A stretch of DNA of 63,483 nucleotides, counting the filler, from Thraustochytrium aureum (Eukaryota): NCBI GenBank assembly GCA_012862495.1. It is 6 parts of 5 records of this genome, joined end to end, with 100 filler letters (N's around TTAATTAATTAA, not from the genome) between each part and the next. Parts side by side here need not be neighbours in the genome. Positions count along the whole stretch, not along the records: positions 1 to 30,630 come from BLSG01000184.1; 5 more parts are not named here. The stretch is one strand, 5' to 3'. The position numbers and the translations under genes are program-made. The notes under the pieces were generated by a model. That model ran no database searches and was not told the DNA's origin. It worked only from the letters and a program-made list of their open reading frames with translations. Positions 12,264 to 23,194 of this stretch are shown in pieces. The stretch's first letter is position 1; each line of letters begins with the position of its first letter.

Positions 12264-12968
12264 GCCAGCGCGTCGGGGCCTGCGCCTGCTCACGTCGCAG
12301 TGTCTGTGTCGCGCTTGGCATCTCGCGGGCCGCGTCTGGAGCTGCGGCGCGGACCAAAGGCATTTCTTTCTTGCTTTCTTTCGATCAAGATCAATGAGAT
12401 TGAGAGAAAGAAATCAACTCTCAAGACTCTTGCTCTCAACGGTTCTGCATGCGTAAAAAGAATAAAAGAACACTCGCATTTTAGATGAACTAGGGAATAA
12501 AAGAACATTCACAGTAAAAGGACTTAGGAAGCGCTCTACAGGGAATAAACGAGCATTCGTAATTCGGAAAGAACGCAGTGAATAAACGATCACATGAATG
12601 CGGTGTCTGTTCTGGTGGACTCGGATGTTGATTGAACGCCTCGAGGGTCCCAGACGTCGGGGACGCCTGGCACGTAGGTAGAGTACTCCTCGTGCACTCC
12701 ACTGGTGTACCTGGGAGCACGGCAGACGCGCCCTGCGATGTTGGGACAATAGTAGAGTGGTGGTGGCCCTTTTACATCACATTTTTGTTGTTGCTTTGAC
12801 TGTTCGAAACAGCCCCGCATGAATGACTCGGGTGGGTCGGTGGACGCTTGCAGACACCGAACGAGCGAGGCCTGCGTCTTGGCAAAGCAGTTGTGAATTC
12901 TCCGGCCGCTTCAGTCCAGGGGAGCCTGACAGAAAGCTTGTAAGTGAGCCGCAGGGCAGGGCCCCAGC

Positions 12969-13757
12969 ATGGGCCAGAACGAGAGCTCTGCCAACCAGCG
13001 AAGCGACATCTACATCAGACACAACAGCTTTCGAGGCGAACCCAGCGTGGGTACGGACCCGCCCAGCACAAGCGAGCGCTTGGCTCCTCACAAGCAGCGC
13101 GCAGACGCGCCCCACACCAGCGGCAGCTCGGCCAGGCGTGACTTCGTCAAGCGCGAGGTGCACCTGACCGGAAAGCCGCGCCAGGCGAATTCATTGCAGC
13201 GCAGCCGCAAGGAGCTGCTAAGCCTCCTCTCGCTCGACGAACAGGAGGAGCTAAGCTTGATCCGTCGCGCGACGGAGGCATGGGCGACGATGGACATGGC
13301 GGAAATCGAGACCGTCGAGTCAGAAATCCGGCTCAAGTTGGTAAACCCTGAGAACGAAGNNNNNNNNNNNNNNNNNNNNNNNNNNNNNNNNNNNNNNNNN
13401 NNNNNNNNNNNNNNNNNNNNNNNNNNNNNNNNNNNNNNNNNNNNNNNNNNNNNNNNNNNNNNNNNNNNNNNNNNNNNNNNNNNNNNNNNNNNNNNNNNNN
13501 NNNNNNNNNNNNNNNNNNNNNNNNNNNNNNNNNNNNNNNNNNNNNNNNNNNNNNNNNNNNNNNNNNNNNNNNNNNNNNNCTCAGAGCTGGAAAAGGAGGT
13601 CATGCGCCTTCGCCAGGAGCTCGAGAGCACCAATAAAGAGCGTTTCAAGCTACAGTTGGCCGTTGCCAAAGCCGGAAGCTCTGCCTCGTCGCGCCTGATC
13701 GAGCCCATGATGGGCAAGCCGCACTCGTTGGCTGCGCAGGGCATCGAGACGGCATAG
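12969..13757 (+). CDS. Hypothetical small coiled-coil protein (gap-interrupted)
   Basis: ORF open on both sides of the gap, with heptad-like ELEKEVMRLRQELESTNKERFKLQL. Start uncertain. Confidence 0.45.
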   Translation: MGQNESSANQRSDIYIRHNSFRGEPSVGTDPPSTSERLAPHKQRADAPHTSGSSARRDFVKREVHLTGKPRQANSLQRSRKELLSLLSLDEQEELSLIRRATEAWATMDMAEIETVESEIRLKLVNPENEXXXXXXXXXXXXXXXXXXXXXXXXXXXXXXXXXXXXXXXXXXXXXXXXXXXXXXXXXXXXXXXXXXXXXXXXXXSELEKEVMRLRQELESTNKERFKLQLAVAKAGSSASSRLIEPMMGKPHSLAAQGIETA

Positions 13758-13987
13758 CTCTGTTTGCAGGCGTATGTGCGCCCTGGCGCAATCAGCTAGT
13801 AGTATCTTGATTCCCAATGCGCGAGACAGTGCTCTCTGGACGTGGCATAACGTCAGTGACCGATTGGTTTCTCGTTTCTTTTTTCGCCAACAATTTGTCA
13901 AGGCAATGGGAGCACAACCTTCAACCGCGCCGGCAGCCGGTCGCATCGTGTGGAGGTTCGGCCAGCCCACCTGGTGTCCGGCGGCCC

Positions 13988-15472
13988 TCACGACATGTTT
14001 TCGCCGTTGAAGAGCTGCTCATAGATCTTGCGCGCAGGCCACCACTTGAATCCCGCCGGGTGATGAGTCCAACTCATCGCGGCTGCGAGAAACGCTCGGT
14101 TGCACAGCCTACAGCAGGACGCCACGCGATTGGCATTCACCGTCCTTTCGCCAGACAATGCACGGTATGCCCGCACAATAGCCCGATACGAAGCGCGACT
14201 CGGCGTGTGGCTCGAGACAAGGTCGAGGTAGCTTGGCTCGAACGCCTCGTCTGGCGGCACCGTTCTCCAGGTGTGGTACTCTGCGTACGCCGTGGCGTTC
14301 GAAGCAAGATAGCGAAGGTAGGACGCGAGCTCTGACGGCGAGCCAAAGTCCATGACATTGACGAACGACGGCGTTCGCGTCACCTTCGGAACGTCCGGGG
14401 CGCCCATGTAAATGGGAATGGCGCCGAACGACAGGGTTTTGAAGAGCTTTTCGGTGACGTAGCCCTCCATTATGGTGTTCTCAAAGGCCAAGTAAAACTT
14501 GTACTTGGCTGCGACTGTTGCCACGTTGCCAAGCGGTTTCTTTGGCGTTTGGTGGCCATCGCCGCAGTTGCCGTATTGGTGCACGTTTTCCTTTCCCAGC
14601 TCACGGACAAGCGCGTCGATGTACTTGCCACGAAGGCTTCGTGTTGGCTCGCAATGGCTGATGACCGACATTGCAAAGTAGGGCTTATTCTCCAGTAGTG
14701 CGACCCCTTGAGCTTTGGCGTTGTGAAAGCTCAGGGGCTTTGCAAGAAACATCGGATTGAGGATATCACTCCACCAGAAAACGCCCATGACGAGGTCCAC
14801 GTTCCGGTGGGTTTCTTCGCTGTACACTTCCGCTTCGCGCACGTAGAGCACGCGGAAGCGCCGGCGCCCGTCAGGCATCAACCTCGGAAAGGTCGCGTCC
14901 CACGTCCCTTTTGCTGTCAGCTCGCGGGCGTCCGCTTTGCCCAAAACGACAACGTCCGCGCGGGCTATCAACTTGGCAGAGGAGCCCGAAACCATCAGGC
15001 AGGTTGAGTCCTGTATGCAGCCCGCGTTCCGCGTTCCCATAGCGAGGTCCTTGTTAACAGGACAACCAGAGAACCGCCTGAAGGGGAGGACCTGGCGATC
15101 AACCCCGTACATCGAGCCGAAAAACAAAACTGTTGCATTGGATTGTTCCAGGCGCGATCCGTTGTAGAAGGATTCAAAGCCCGTCCCGCAATTCGCTCGC
15201 TCTGCGGCAGATCGCGGCTTGTCGCACTGCTCGCCGCCGTCGAGGGGGAGTGCAGAGACGTTTCTGTGCCTGGTTGAGTCACTCTGGCGGATTCCAACGA
15301 CAATGTCGCCTGAGTGCTCTTCGATGGGGTTCATGACGGCGTCCCGCAAGCTGCGGAGCCATTCTGCGTCAAGTGCAAGGAGAGCACCCATGGCCAAGCC
15401 GCAGCACAGCACGCACGCTTTGCGGCGTGCCCCCATCCTGCGCGCTGTCGTACTCGCGGAGGTGTCACACAT
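13988..15472 (-). CDS. Alpha-1,3/4-fucosyltransferase-like glycosyltransferase, family GT10 (type II membrane)
   Basis: GT10 motif YKFYLAFENTIMEGYVTEKLF; AIPIYMGAP; YAEYHTWR; N-terminal hydrophobic anchor. Confidence 0.9.
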   Translation of the reverse strand: MCDTSASTTARRMGARRKACVLCCGLAMGALLALDAEWLRSLRDAVMNPIEEHSGDIVVGIRQSDSTRHRNVSALPLDGGEQCDKPRSAAERANCGTGFESFYNGSRLEQSNATVLFFGSMYGVDRQVLPFRRFSGCPVNKDLAMGTRNAGCIQDSTCLMVSGSSAKLIARADVVVLGKADARELTAKGTWDATFPRLMPDGRRRFRVLYVREAEVYSEETHRNVDLVMGVFWWSDILNPMFLAKPLSFHNAKAQGVALLENKPYFAMSVISHCEPTRSLRGKYIDALVRELGKENVHQYGNCGDGHQTPKKPLGNVATVAAKYKFYLAFENTIMEGYVTEKLFKTLSFGAIPIYMGAPDVPKVTRTPSFVNVMDFGSPSELASYLRYLASNATAYAEYHTWRTVPPDEAFEPSYLDLVSSHTPSRASYRAIVRAYRALSGERTVNANRVASCCRLCNRAFLAAAMSWTHHPAGFKWWPARKIYEQLFNGENMS

Positions 15473-15839
15473 CCAGCGCTCCGTGCGTCGCCTGCAACGC
15501 GGCCGACCTGCCGGGCCAGAGCCGGTGCCGGCGTACCCTGAGCCAAGCCAGAGTCCGCCAACCGCTGTCGGGACAGGACGACTCGAAGACTGGTATCTCT
15601 AGCGCAAGCGCTCGTACCGAGCAGCTCACTTGCGTCCCGGGTCGCGCAGGCAGCTCGGTATCGTCCAAACTCTACGGTCGGCGGCTGGTCGGGGCCAGCG
15701 AGGGCGGGCAAGTAGTGCCTGCTACCGCACGTCCAGCCTCCCCGACGCAGCCGCGCTGCGATCTCACACTTGCGTCGTGTGGGACGTCCACTGTCGACAT
15801 GTGGAAACGTTCACTGTTCGCAGAGACAGCTGGGCTATG

Positions 15840-16087
15840 GTTTTGCGGGGGCTTTGTTTTGCGGGTTCATGTTTTGCGTTTTGCGGGGCTTTGTTTTGCG
15901 GGGCTTTGTTTTGCGGGGCTTTGACCTGCGGAAGTGTTGGAGCGGACCGACGTGGGTCGATTTGCTGGACGTTCTGCAGGGCTATGTTTTGCGGGTTTGC
16001 GTTTCGCGGGTTTGCGTTTTGCGGGGCGTTGTTTTGCGGGGCGATTTTTGCGTTTTGCGGGTGGTGGAACGGACCGACGTGGGTCGA
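15840..16087. repeat. Strand-biased TTTTGCGGGGC tandem repeats plus a duplicated CGGACCGACGTGGGTCGA
   Basis: More than 10 TTTGCG(G) units; the 18-mer occurs at ~15943 and ~16070. Confidence 0.85.
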
Positions 16088-16171
16088 GTTGCGCGAGCAG
16101 CTGCTGCGGCGCCTCGGGCAGTGGCGGAACGCGCGAGTCTGCGCGGGCGCGCGGGGCGCTTGGTAGCGAGT

Positions 16172-19100
16172 ATGGATGGCGCGGGCCGAGAGCAGTCGCG
16201 ACGTGACGAGCAGCTCGGAGAAGAGGAGGAGACGATTGAATGGGTTGACCACTCCAACGCAACAGCCTTGGAAGAGTTTGTTGCGGAGCTCGAGCTGCAA
16301 CTCGGCGCCTGGGGGCTCGGGGACCCCGAGAGCGCCCAGCGTGCCACTTCGAGGGCCCCAAGCGTCGACGTGGGCGCGCCTACGGCTGATGCGTCGGACG
16401 AGGCGGACGCGTGCGGTGCGATTCAGACCGCAGAGCTCAAGCTGGGGAAGGACACGTTTTCGTTCGCGCTGGTCACCAGCGAGAACTGGGCAGACGGCAC
16501 TGCGCAAGCTGGCGGGCGCAACGCCGACGAGGCCTCTCCTACCGCGGTCGAAGCGCAGCTCTCGTACACTGAGAGGGCAATCCTGCAAGACGGCACCGAA
16601 GCTGGCGCGGCGGGCCTTCACATCGACGACCCGCTTCGCCGCTGGTTTGGCGTTGAAAACTANNNNNNNNNNNNNNNNNNNNNNNNNNNNNNNNNNNNNN
16701 NNNNNNNNNNNNNNNNNNNNNNNNNNNNNNNNNNNNNNNNNNNNNNNNNNNNNNNNNNNNNNNNNNNNNNNNNNNNNNNNNNNNNNNNNNNNNNNNNNNN
16801 NNNNNNNNNNNNNNNNNNNNNNNNNNNNNNNNNNNNNNTGTATGGAGTGTGCGTCTCAGGCGCCGAGGCAGGGGGCGCCACCGTGCACTTTTCCTGCGTC
16901 TCGGAAAGCCGAAACTGCGTCCCGCTCAAGTACCAGAGCCTGGCTGGTCTCTTGCACCTGTTCCGCCGGAAGGTGTGGCCCGAGGAGAGCGCCGGCGAAC
17001 CAGGGTTTGCCAGGAATGCCAAAGTCGGGCCTAGCCGAGCTGCGCGAGAGCCGAGCGCCTCCTCTGGCTCGGTCGCTGGAGGGATGCGCGATCTCGCGGC
17101 CGGGCATATTCTGGCTAGTGTGCAATTCACCTATTCAGACCGGAAAGTCGTTCGGGACCGCAAAGTCCTCGCTCAGTGCAGTGAGGAGGCCTACTTTCGC
17201 GCTGTCAATTGGACGGACTGGCACGACGACGACCTGACCTGGCGCCTACACATCAATATCGTGCCTGCCCCGCCGTCTGCCGCCGTCCTGGCCGCGCTTC
17301 AGGGCGGCAGCGCTGCGCCGCCGCTGTGGGGCCCGCTTCAAGACCCGATCGACAGAATGGACCTCAAGGTCATGTGGCCCTCATTCAAGGAGTCACAGTT
17401 TACGGAGAACTCGGTTTTCACTACGCTTGTCCCAGAGTCGGCCCCGGTCTGGATCCTGTCGGTGAGCCCCCCTCCTGTTGGAGAGGAGGAGGAGGAGGAC
17501 GCATTCCAAGGCGAGCCAGCACAAAGGGCCAGCACCGCAGGCGCACATGGCGGGTCTGAGGCCCATCGGTCGAGCTGGCCTCGGCTATCGAGCACCTGTC
17601 CCCTGGCGCGGTCAGTGTGGTACGTGCAGGAACTCTTGCGAGCGTCGTGCGAGGACGGGTACGGGGACGCCGTTCTGGCTGATGTCGGCGCGCCACGCCG
17701 GCGGTCTCAATCCCGGTCAGCGGCATTCGACGACCCCCCGAGCCCCGCAGACCAGGACAGGGAGCAAGCGCGCGTTCGGGAGCTCGTGGAAGGCCTGTTT
17801 AGCCCTTTTCAGGAGCGCGAGCTGGGGCGCCCAGTCCTCGAGCAGCTCCGACGCCTGAAACAGCTCTACATGGAGGGCTCGCTCACAAACGCAGAGTTTG
17901 CTGACGCGAAGGCTCGCATCTTGCGGGATGCATCGAGCGAGGCCCCTGACGAGGTGCGAGGCGGGGCCGATGGGGGCGCCAGTCGCAGCAGCCGTCGTCG
18001 GTCTGCTGAGTCGCACGCTGCTGCCGCTTCGTTCACGTCCTGAATCGGCCTTGCCCAGAGTGTTGGATTTGCTCGGCGCGCGCGGACCGCCGCCCTCGCC
18101 GGCGTTCGCATCATCGTCTCAAATCCGCCCCTGTCGGCTCGGTGCTCTCCATCCTGGCCCTCCGCGTTGTCCCGGAGTTTTGGCGCGAGTATTGGAGCGT
18201 TTTCGTCGATTTGGGGCGTGTTCGTAAGCGAGCTCCGATGGCACTGGGACAATCTGGTTCTCGTGCCCTTGGATCAAGTCCATGAGCACGCCCGGTTGCC
18301 GGACGCTGTCAACCATGCCGACTGCGTGCTTTACCAAAAGCTCACACTGCTCAACTTGTGCATCGCGGCGCAGGCACACGCACACTTTTGCCACGACGAG
18401 TTCCCGGAAAGAGCTGCGTTTGATCGTGAGTCCTCGCGGCCTGCGGGGCGTGGAAAAGCCGCATCGGACGACGACGACGACGACGACGAAGCCGATGACG
18501 ACGAGTTTTTCGACACAAGCTCGCTGGGCAGCGCTCCGACAGAGGAGTGTCCAAGCGGGGGGGCACTGGAGCCCCCCACTGCGCGGCTGGCATTGCCGCG
18601 GGTGGTTTCGGCGGAGGCTTCGTCGGCGGGCCGCGCGAGCACAGCGCTCGGCGCGACGGAGCCTTGGGCGCTGGAATCGTGCCTTTATACGGAAGACATG
18701 CTCGCCGAGCGCCACGAGCTTCTAGCGTCGCTTGCGCTCAATTCGAGCACCGCGCCGCAGCACGAAAGCATCTTGCAAGCCTCTTTGCGCTCTGACATGC
18801 AGGCCTTCAAGGCAATCAATGAAGAAGCGACGTTTGAAGACTTTCGCCGCTGGAAAGGGCGCACGAGGCGCGTGGGGGACCTGATGCGACCGCTCTGGGC
18901 AGAGTGCAAGCCGTGCCCTCTGCGCAAGCAAGTGTCCCGCGACGGCGCGTGCGGCCAGTTTGCACCTGCCGTGGAAGCCGAGAAGGTGCTGCACTTTCTC
19001 GAGACCATGTCGGCGCAGGAGGTGCTGTCGCAGCTTGCGGTGATAGCTTTGGAGGGTGCCGAGTTTGTGCTGTCAAGCGCCGTGGGGTCCTTTGGCGTCG

Positions 19101-19771
19101 TGCCAGAGGTGTACGGAATCCTTAATCGCAACGTGCTGTCCCTCCGGAGCCACCTGGATCGCCTCGTCGCCGCGACTACGCCGCGCTCGCCAATCTGGCG
19201 AGCTTCTGGCCGCCGAGCGGACGAACAAGTCGACCGTGCTGGCGAGTCGCGCATCGAGCGAGCCAAGCAGGCGATCGCGCTGGAGGCGTTGGAGCGGACC
19301 GAGTACTTGTTGACCATGGCCATGTCTCTCCTGCACAAGCTGCCGCCGCCTGTGGTTGCCAGTATGCTGACAGAGGAGAAGGAGAGCGGGCTTTTGAGCG
19401 CGAGCTTTGGTGCCGGCGCCGAGGCGGAGCGCCGGCATATCCGGGCGTTGCTTTTTGCTTGCTCTGCGCAGGACTCGCCCTGCGTACCAGACGCCGACGA
19501 GCGCGAGTACCTGCTGAGGTGCTTGGCGAGCCGCGCCTCGTACGAGCAGCCGGCCACGCTGTGGACCGAAGGCGGTCTGCAAGACACCCAGTCGAGTGAC
19601 ACCCAGTCGAGTGACGCCCAGTCGAGTGACGCCCAGTCGAGTGACGCGCGTGAAGGGTTTAGTGACGGCGCGACGGGCAGAGTGCGCCCAGGCGCGAACC
19701 GGCTGTATGCTCGGATAACGAGCGCGCAAGTCACGCTGGCTTGTGCGTTGACGGAGACTTGCTTCAACTAA
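16172..19771 (+). CDS. RAB3GAP1: Rab3 GTPase-activating protein catalytic subunit homolog; N gap and frameshifts near 18030-18166
   Basis: N-terminal IEWVDHSNATALEEFVAELELQLGAWGL; KSAPVGSVLSILAL; WGVFVSELRWHW; CVLYQKLTLLNLCI; TEDMLAER; LRSDMQAFKAINEEATFEDFRRW; EAEKVLHFLE; REYLLRC. Confidence 0.85.
19583..19647 (+). repeat. 15-bp coding tandem repeat x4 (D[T/A]QSS)
   Basis: GACACCCAGTCGAGT x2 followed by GACGCCCAGTCGAGT x2. Confidence 0.9.
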
Positions 19772-19896
19772 GCGTATCTCTACTCGCAACTCCATGAGAG
19801 AGGTTGTTGCGACAATGAGCAGCGCCGGGGCCACGGGGCAGCAAGGAATCTAATTATTGTTCATCATCACGGTGCATAAGGCCGACGCGCATCAGC

Positions 19897-21675
19897 TCAG
19901 GCCCGAGCCGAAACGACTTGGCTAGCGGCGTGCGCACCAGCGGCAAACTTTGAAAGCACGGCGTTGACGCTGGGGCTCGTCGAAGCGTTGGCACTAAGGT
20001 ATTTGATAATCTTGGGGCGAAGATCTTGTTCTTTCCTCGTGGCATCGTCCGCAATCTTCTTGACCCACAGCACGCTAAGCTTTTCGCCGAGAGCCTCCTT
20101 GCGCATGGCTTTGGAAACCACTCTGTTCATGAACAGCCTCGCTACCGACCGGCGCACCACCTTGCTGCTGGGCAGCTGCGCCTTTAATGCGGTCGACATC
20201 CTGCCAGTCTCCAGCGCTTGAACGACGAGGTCAAGGAACTGGGCGACGTCCTCCGCGTCTTTCTTCGAGCGAACGACCGCGTGCAGCCGCTTTTCCACTT
20301 CGACGAGCGCAGTGAAGACCCAGTCCAAGTCGCTCTCTCTGCCACGCTCCATCTCTGCTTGGCCACGCAAAATGCTTGTGGTCGCTGCCGGGGTGTTGCC
20401 CCTGCGTACGTCCTGCGACGCCTGCATGGAGATTGCTACCGAGCGGTCGTTGTCTGCGATGGCTCTAACTTCGCGGTGTGGCCGTTTTGCAGGCTCGTCG
20501 AGATCGCGATCAACTTCGATCTTCACGTTGCACCGCGGTGTGCGAGGGAAGCCTGTGCGGGCTGTCTCCAAGATAACATCCAAGACGTGCGCGCCAACGA
20601 CTGGCCCGGATTGGCTCTGCTTGAGCTCGACCTTGACGTTGAACGACATCGCATCTGACAGCGCGATGCGAGGCAGTTTCCAGACGCGCTCATGGGCGGG
20701 ATTTGAGCTCGGCATTTCCTGGAAATGCTTGGTTAGATTCTTGCTCAGGCAGTCCGTGGCAAGCGAGGCGGTGCCTCGCATGGCACTTGGAACGCGGATG
20801 CGGATGAAGGTGTCGTCGTCGGTTGGAACTACGAGCGAGTCCTTGGGGGTCGTCTCGGTCAGGCACTCGCTTGGTGAGCAGATGCGGCCGCCGGAAATGG
20901 CGTGCATCGCCTCTACGAGCTGGCGCATCTCGCGCTTTGGCCCGACAGGGATGTAGGCGAACTCGGGCCCCGGGACGACGTCGAAAAACTTGAACTTGCC
21001 GTTGAACTGGCGCAGCGCGGCCTTTGTTAGTTCCGCGTCGTCGAGCTTGCCGTCTGTTGCGACAGCAACGGTCAAGCTCGAAAGCCAACCTTTTCTGAGG
21101 CGGGCGCGGTCGTCCTCATTGTACTTTTTGGTGCCCGAGTGGCCGGAGCAAGCCTTCTCCACGTCGGCGTTGCAACACTCCTCGAGAGCCTCGACCTGGC
21201 GGAACGCCTCGGCGAGTCCGCCGGCCATACGCGAGCCGTGCTCCACTTTCAGGCCTTTGATGATGTCCTGCAGCCTCTTGCTCGCCCTGTTCTTGCTGGC
21301 GAGCTCCTCGAAGCTGAAGCGGACCTTTGCCTCCGCGCTGAAGGTGACCAGGCTGACGTAGTAGGTTGTGCTCTTGTCCTTGGCGGCTTTTTGGAGCCAC
21401 TCGCAGATGCAACGCTTTGCAGTCTCGAGCCGCGAGCGGATGGTCATCTCGCCGACGCCGTTTTCGTCCTTGATTGGGGCATCGAAATTCGACATGCTGT
21501 TGCTCAGATCGACAACCAAAAGGATGGCGCGCCTGGACTTGCCCGAGGGCTGGCGGAACTCTCGCGCCTTGACGGTGACGGCCACTTCCTCATCTACTCG
21601 AGTGAACGCGGTGCGTTTGTTCCACGCCGCTGAGAGCTTGAACAGGTCGCTGCCGTCATCGCGCGCATGCACCAT
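19897..21675 (-). CDS. von Willebrand factor A (vWA) domain protein
   Basis: MIDAS LLVVDLSNSM; RLETAK; SLVTFS; VAVATDG; 592-aa ORF. Confidence 0.8.
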   Translation of the reverse strand: MVHARDDGSDLFKLSAAWNKRTAFTRVDEEVAVTVKAREFRQPSGKSRRAILLVVDLSNSMSNFDAPIKDENGVGEMTIRSRLETAKRCICEWLQKAAKDKSTTYYVSLVTFSAEAKVRFSFEELASKNRASKRLQDIIKGLKVEHGSRMAGGLAEAFRQVEALEECCNADVEKACSGHSGTKKYNEDDRARLRKGWLSSLTVAVATDGKLDDAELTKAALRQFNGKFKFFDVVPGPEFAYIPVGPKREMRQLVEAMHAISGGRICSPSECLTETTPKDSLVVPTDDDTFIRIRVPSAMRGTASLATDCLSKNLTKHFQEMPSSNPAHERVWKLPRIALSDAMSFNVKVELKQSQSGPVVGAHVLDVILETARTGFPRTPRCNVKIEVDRDLDEPAKRPHREVRAIADNDRSVAISMQASQDVRRGNTPAATTSILRGQAEMERGRESDLDWVFTALVEVEKRLHAVVRSKKDAEDVAQFLDLVVQALETGRMSTALKAQLPSSKVVRRSVARLFMNRVVSKAMRKEALGEKLSVLWVKKIADDATRKEQDLRPKIIKYLSANASTSPSVNAVLSKFAAGAHAASQVVSARA

Positions 21676-23194
21676 CGCTCCTGCCCAGTTTGCGTCTCGC
21701 TTGTCAAAAGGTCGCCCTGGCCCTCGACGTAGAGCGGCTCGAGTTGTTGCTGCGTGTTTGGGATCTGCCGCACCTTGCCATCAAAGTGGGGCGAAGCCTG
21801 CGAGCCCGCCCTTTTGCGTCTTTCGCTCAGCCTGAACCCCCCTCCCCTTTCATCGCTCCACAGGAAAGCGCTCTACTTCGAGCTGGATCTCAAGCGAAGA
21901 GTGGCTGCCAGGCGGGCGAGCTCAATTCTTCTTTCACCCGAGCCGCTCACTTTTGCTCTGCCAGCAGAGCCTCGCGTCCTCGAGCGAGGACGAGGACACC
22001 TCCTCCCAACTCCCACTGGGCTTCTCAGCAGCCCGCTGACGGATCGCAAGCTTGCCGGACGGCCGCCGGTTGGCCGTCGGCAAGCAGTCCCCAGTCCTCA
22101 CAAGCCGCACCTCTGGGAAGGGGAGCGAGCGGCTCACAACAGCCAAGCCAGCCAGCCAGCCAGCAGGCTGTTGCAGCAGTCTCTCGTCAAGTCAACACAC
22201 ATCAGGAGGTCCTTCTCCCTCTTTCCCGCCAGCTGAGCGCCTCGAGTCGAGCGGCTGGATGACTCGCTGGGTTGCGCAGGGGCGACGGACGACACCGTTG
22301 ATCACGAGTCTGGCTTTCGCCTCAAATGCCGTCGTGCTAGGCATCCGCGAAAGCGCCCAGCCCTGCCAGTGGTGGGGCTCGTCCACTCGATCAACTTCAA
22401 GTTGGTCTTGATTGAACGAGGATGCGCTGGCGTGTCGCAACGGAGCGCGACGCGATTGCATTCTCCAAACCCGTGCGGTGCCGGCAGGTTCAGGTTGAGA
22501 GTGAGGAAGGAGGCCGCGTCCACGACAGAGGGAGAGAAAAAGCGCGATGAGAACACCAGGGGGCTCTGAGGGACGGGATGCAGGCCCGCTTCGATCAGCA
22601 CGCAAGCTCAGCGCCGCAACACGGGCGGTTGCAGGGGGCGCGCCGTCTGCTGTCGAACACTACGCGAGCGTGATTGGAATAAGCGCGCTTTGGGACAGAA
22701 CCGCCCAGCACCCCCACAGGGAAAGCCGCATTCCGACGCCAGCACGCTCCCCGCTCCCTCTCTTTCAAAGTCGTCAACCCAACCACGCAAACATGCTCGC
22801 TTGGCCGTCGGTGTGCACCTGAACCGTTTGTTTCTGACCGAGCTCGAGTTGATCGAGTACACTGGGGCGCCATGCAAGAAAAAAACAGATCAGAAAAAAA
22901 CCAGAAATAAAGAGCTGCGAGTTGCGAAATGCGAGGGAAAGTGACGGCGCGCGCCAGGTGCGGCCGCGTGCAGGCGAGGACCTGGCCGGCGCAAGTAACG
23001 ACAACGACGAGATGGCGTTCAACTCGACGAATGGCTGGCAGGCAGATCGGCGCAACCCTCCCAAAAAGTGAAATGTAGTCGACTCATGTCAGTATTCGAT
23101 CATCAGCACGTGGAGGCTCACGAGATGGCTGACAATCAACACTCGGATCCGAGTCGCTCCCGAGTCATCACTCATCAGGTCCTCCTGACTGATG

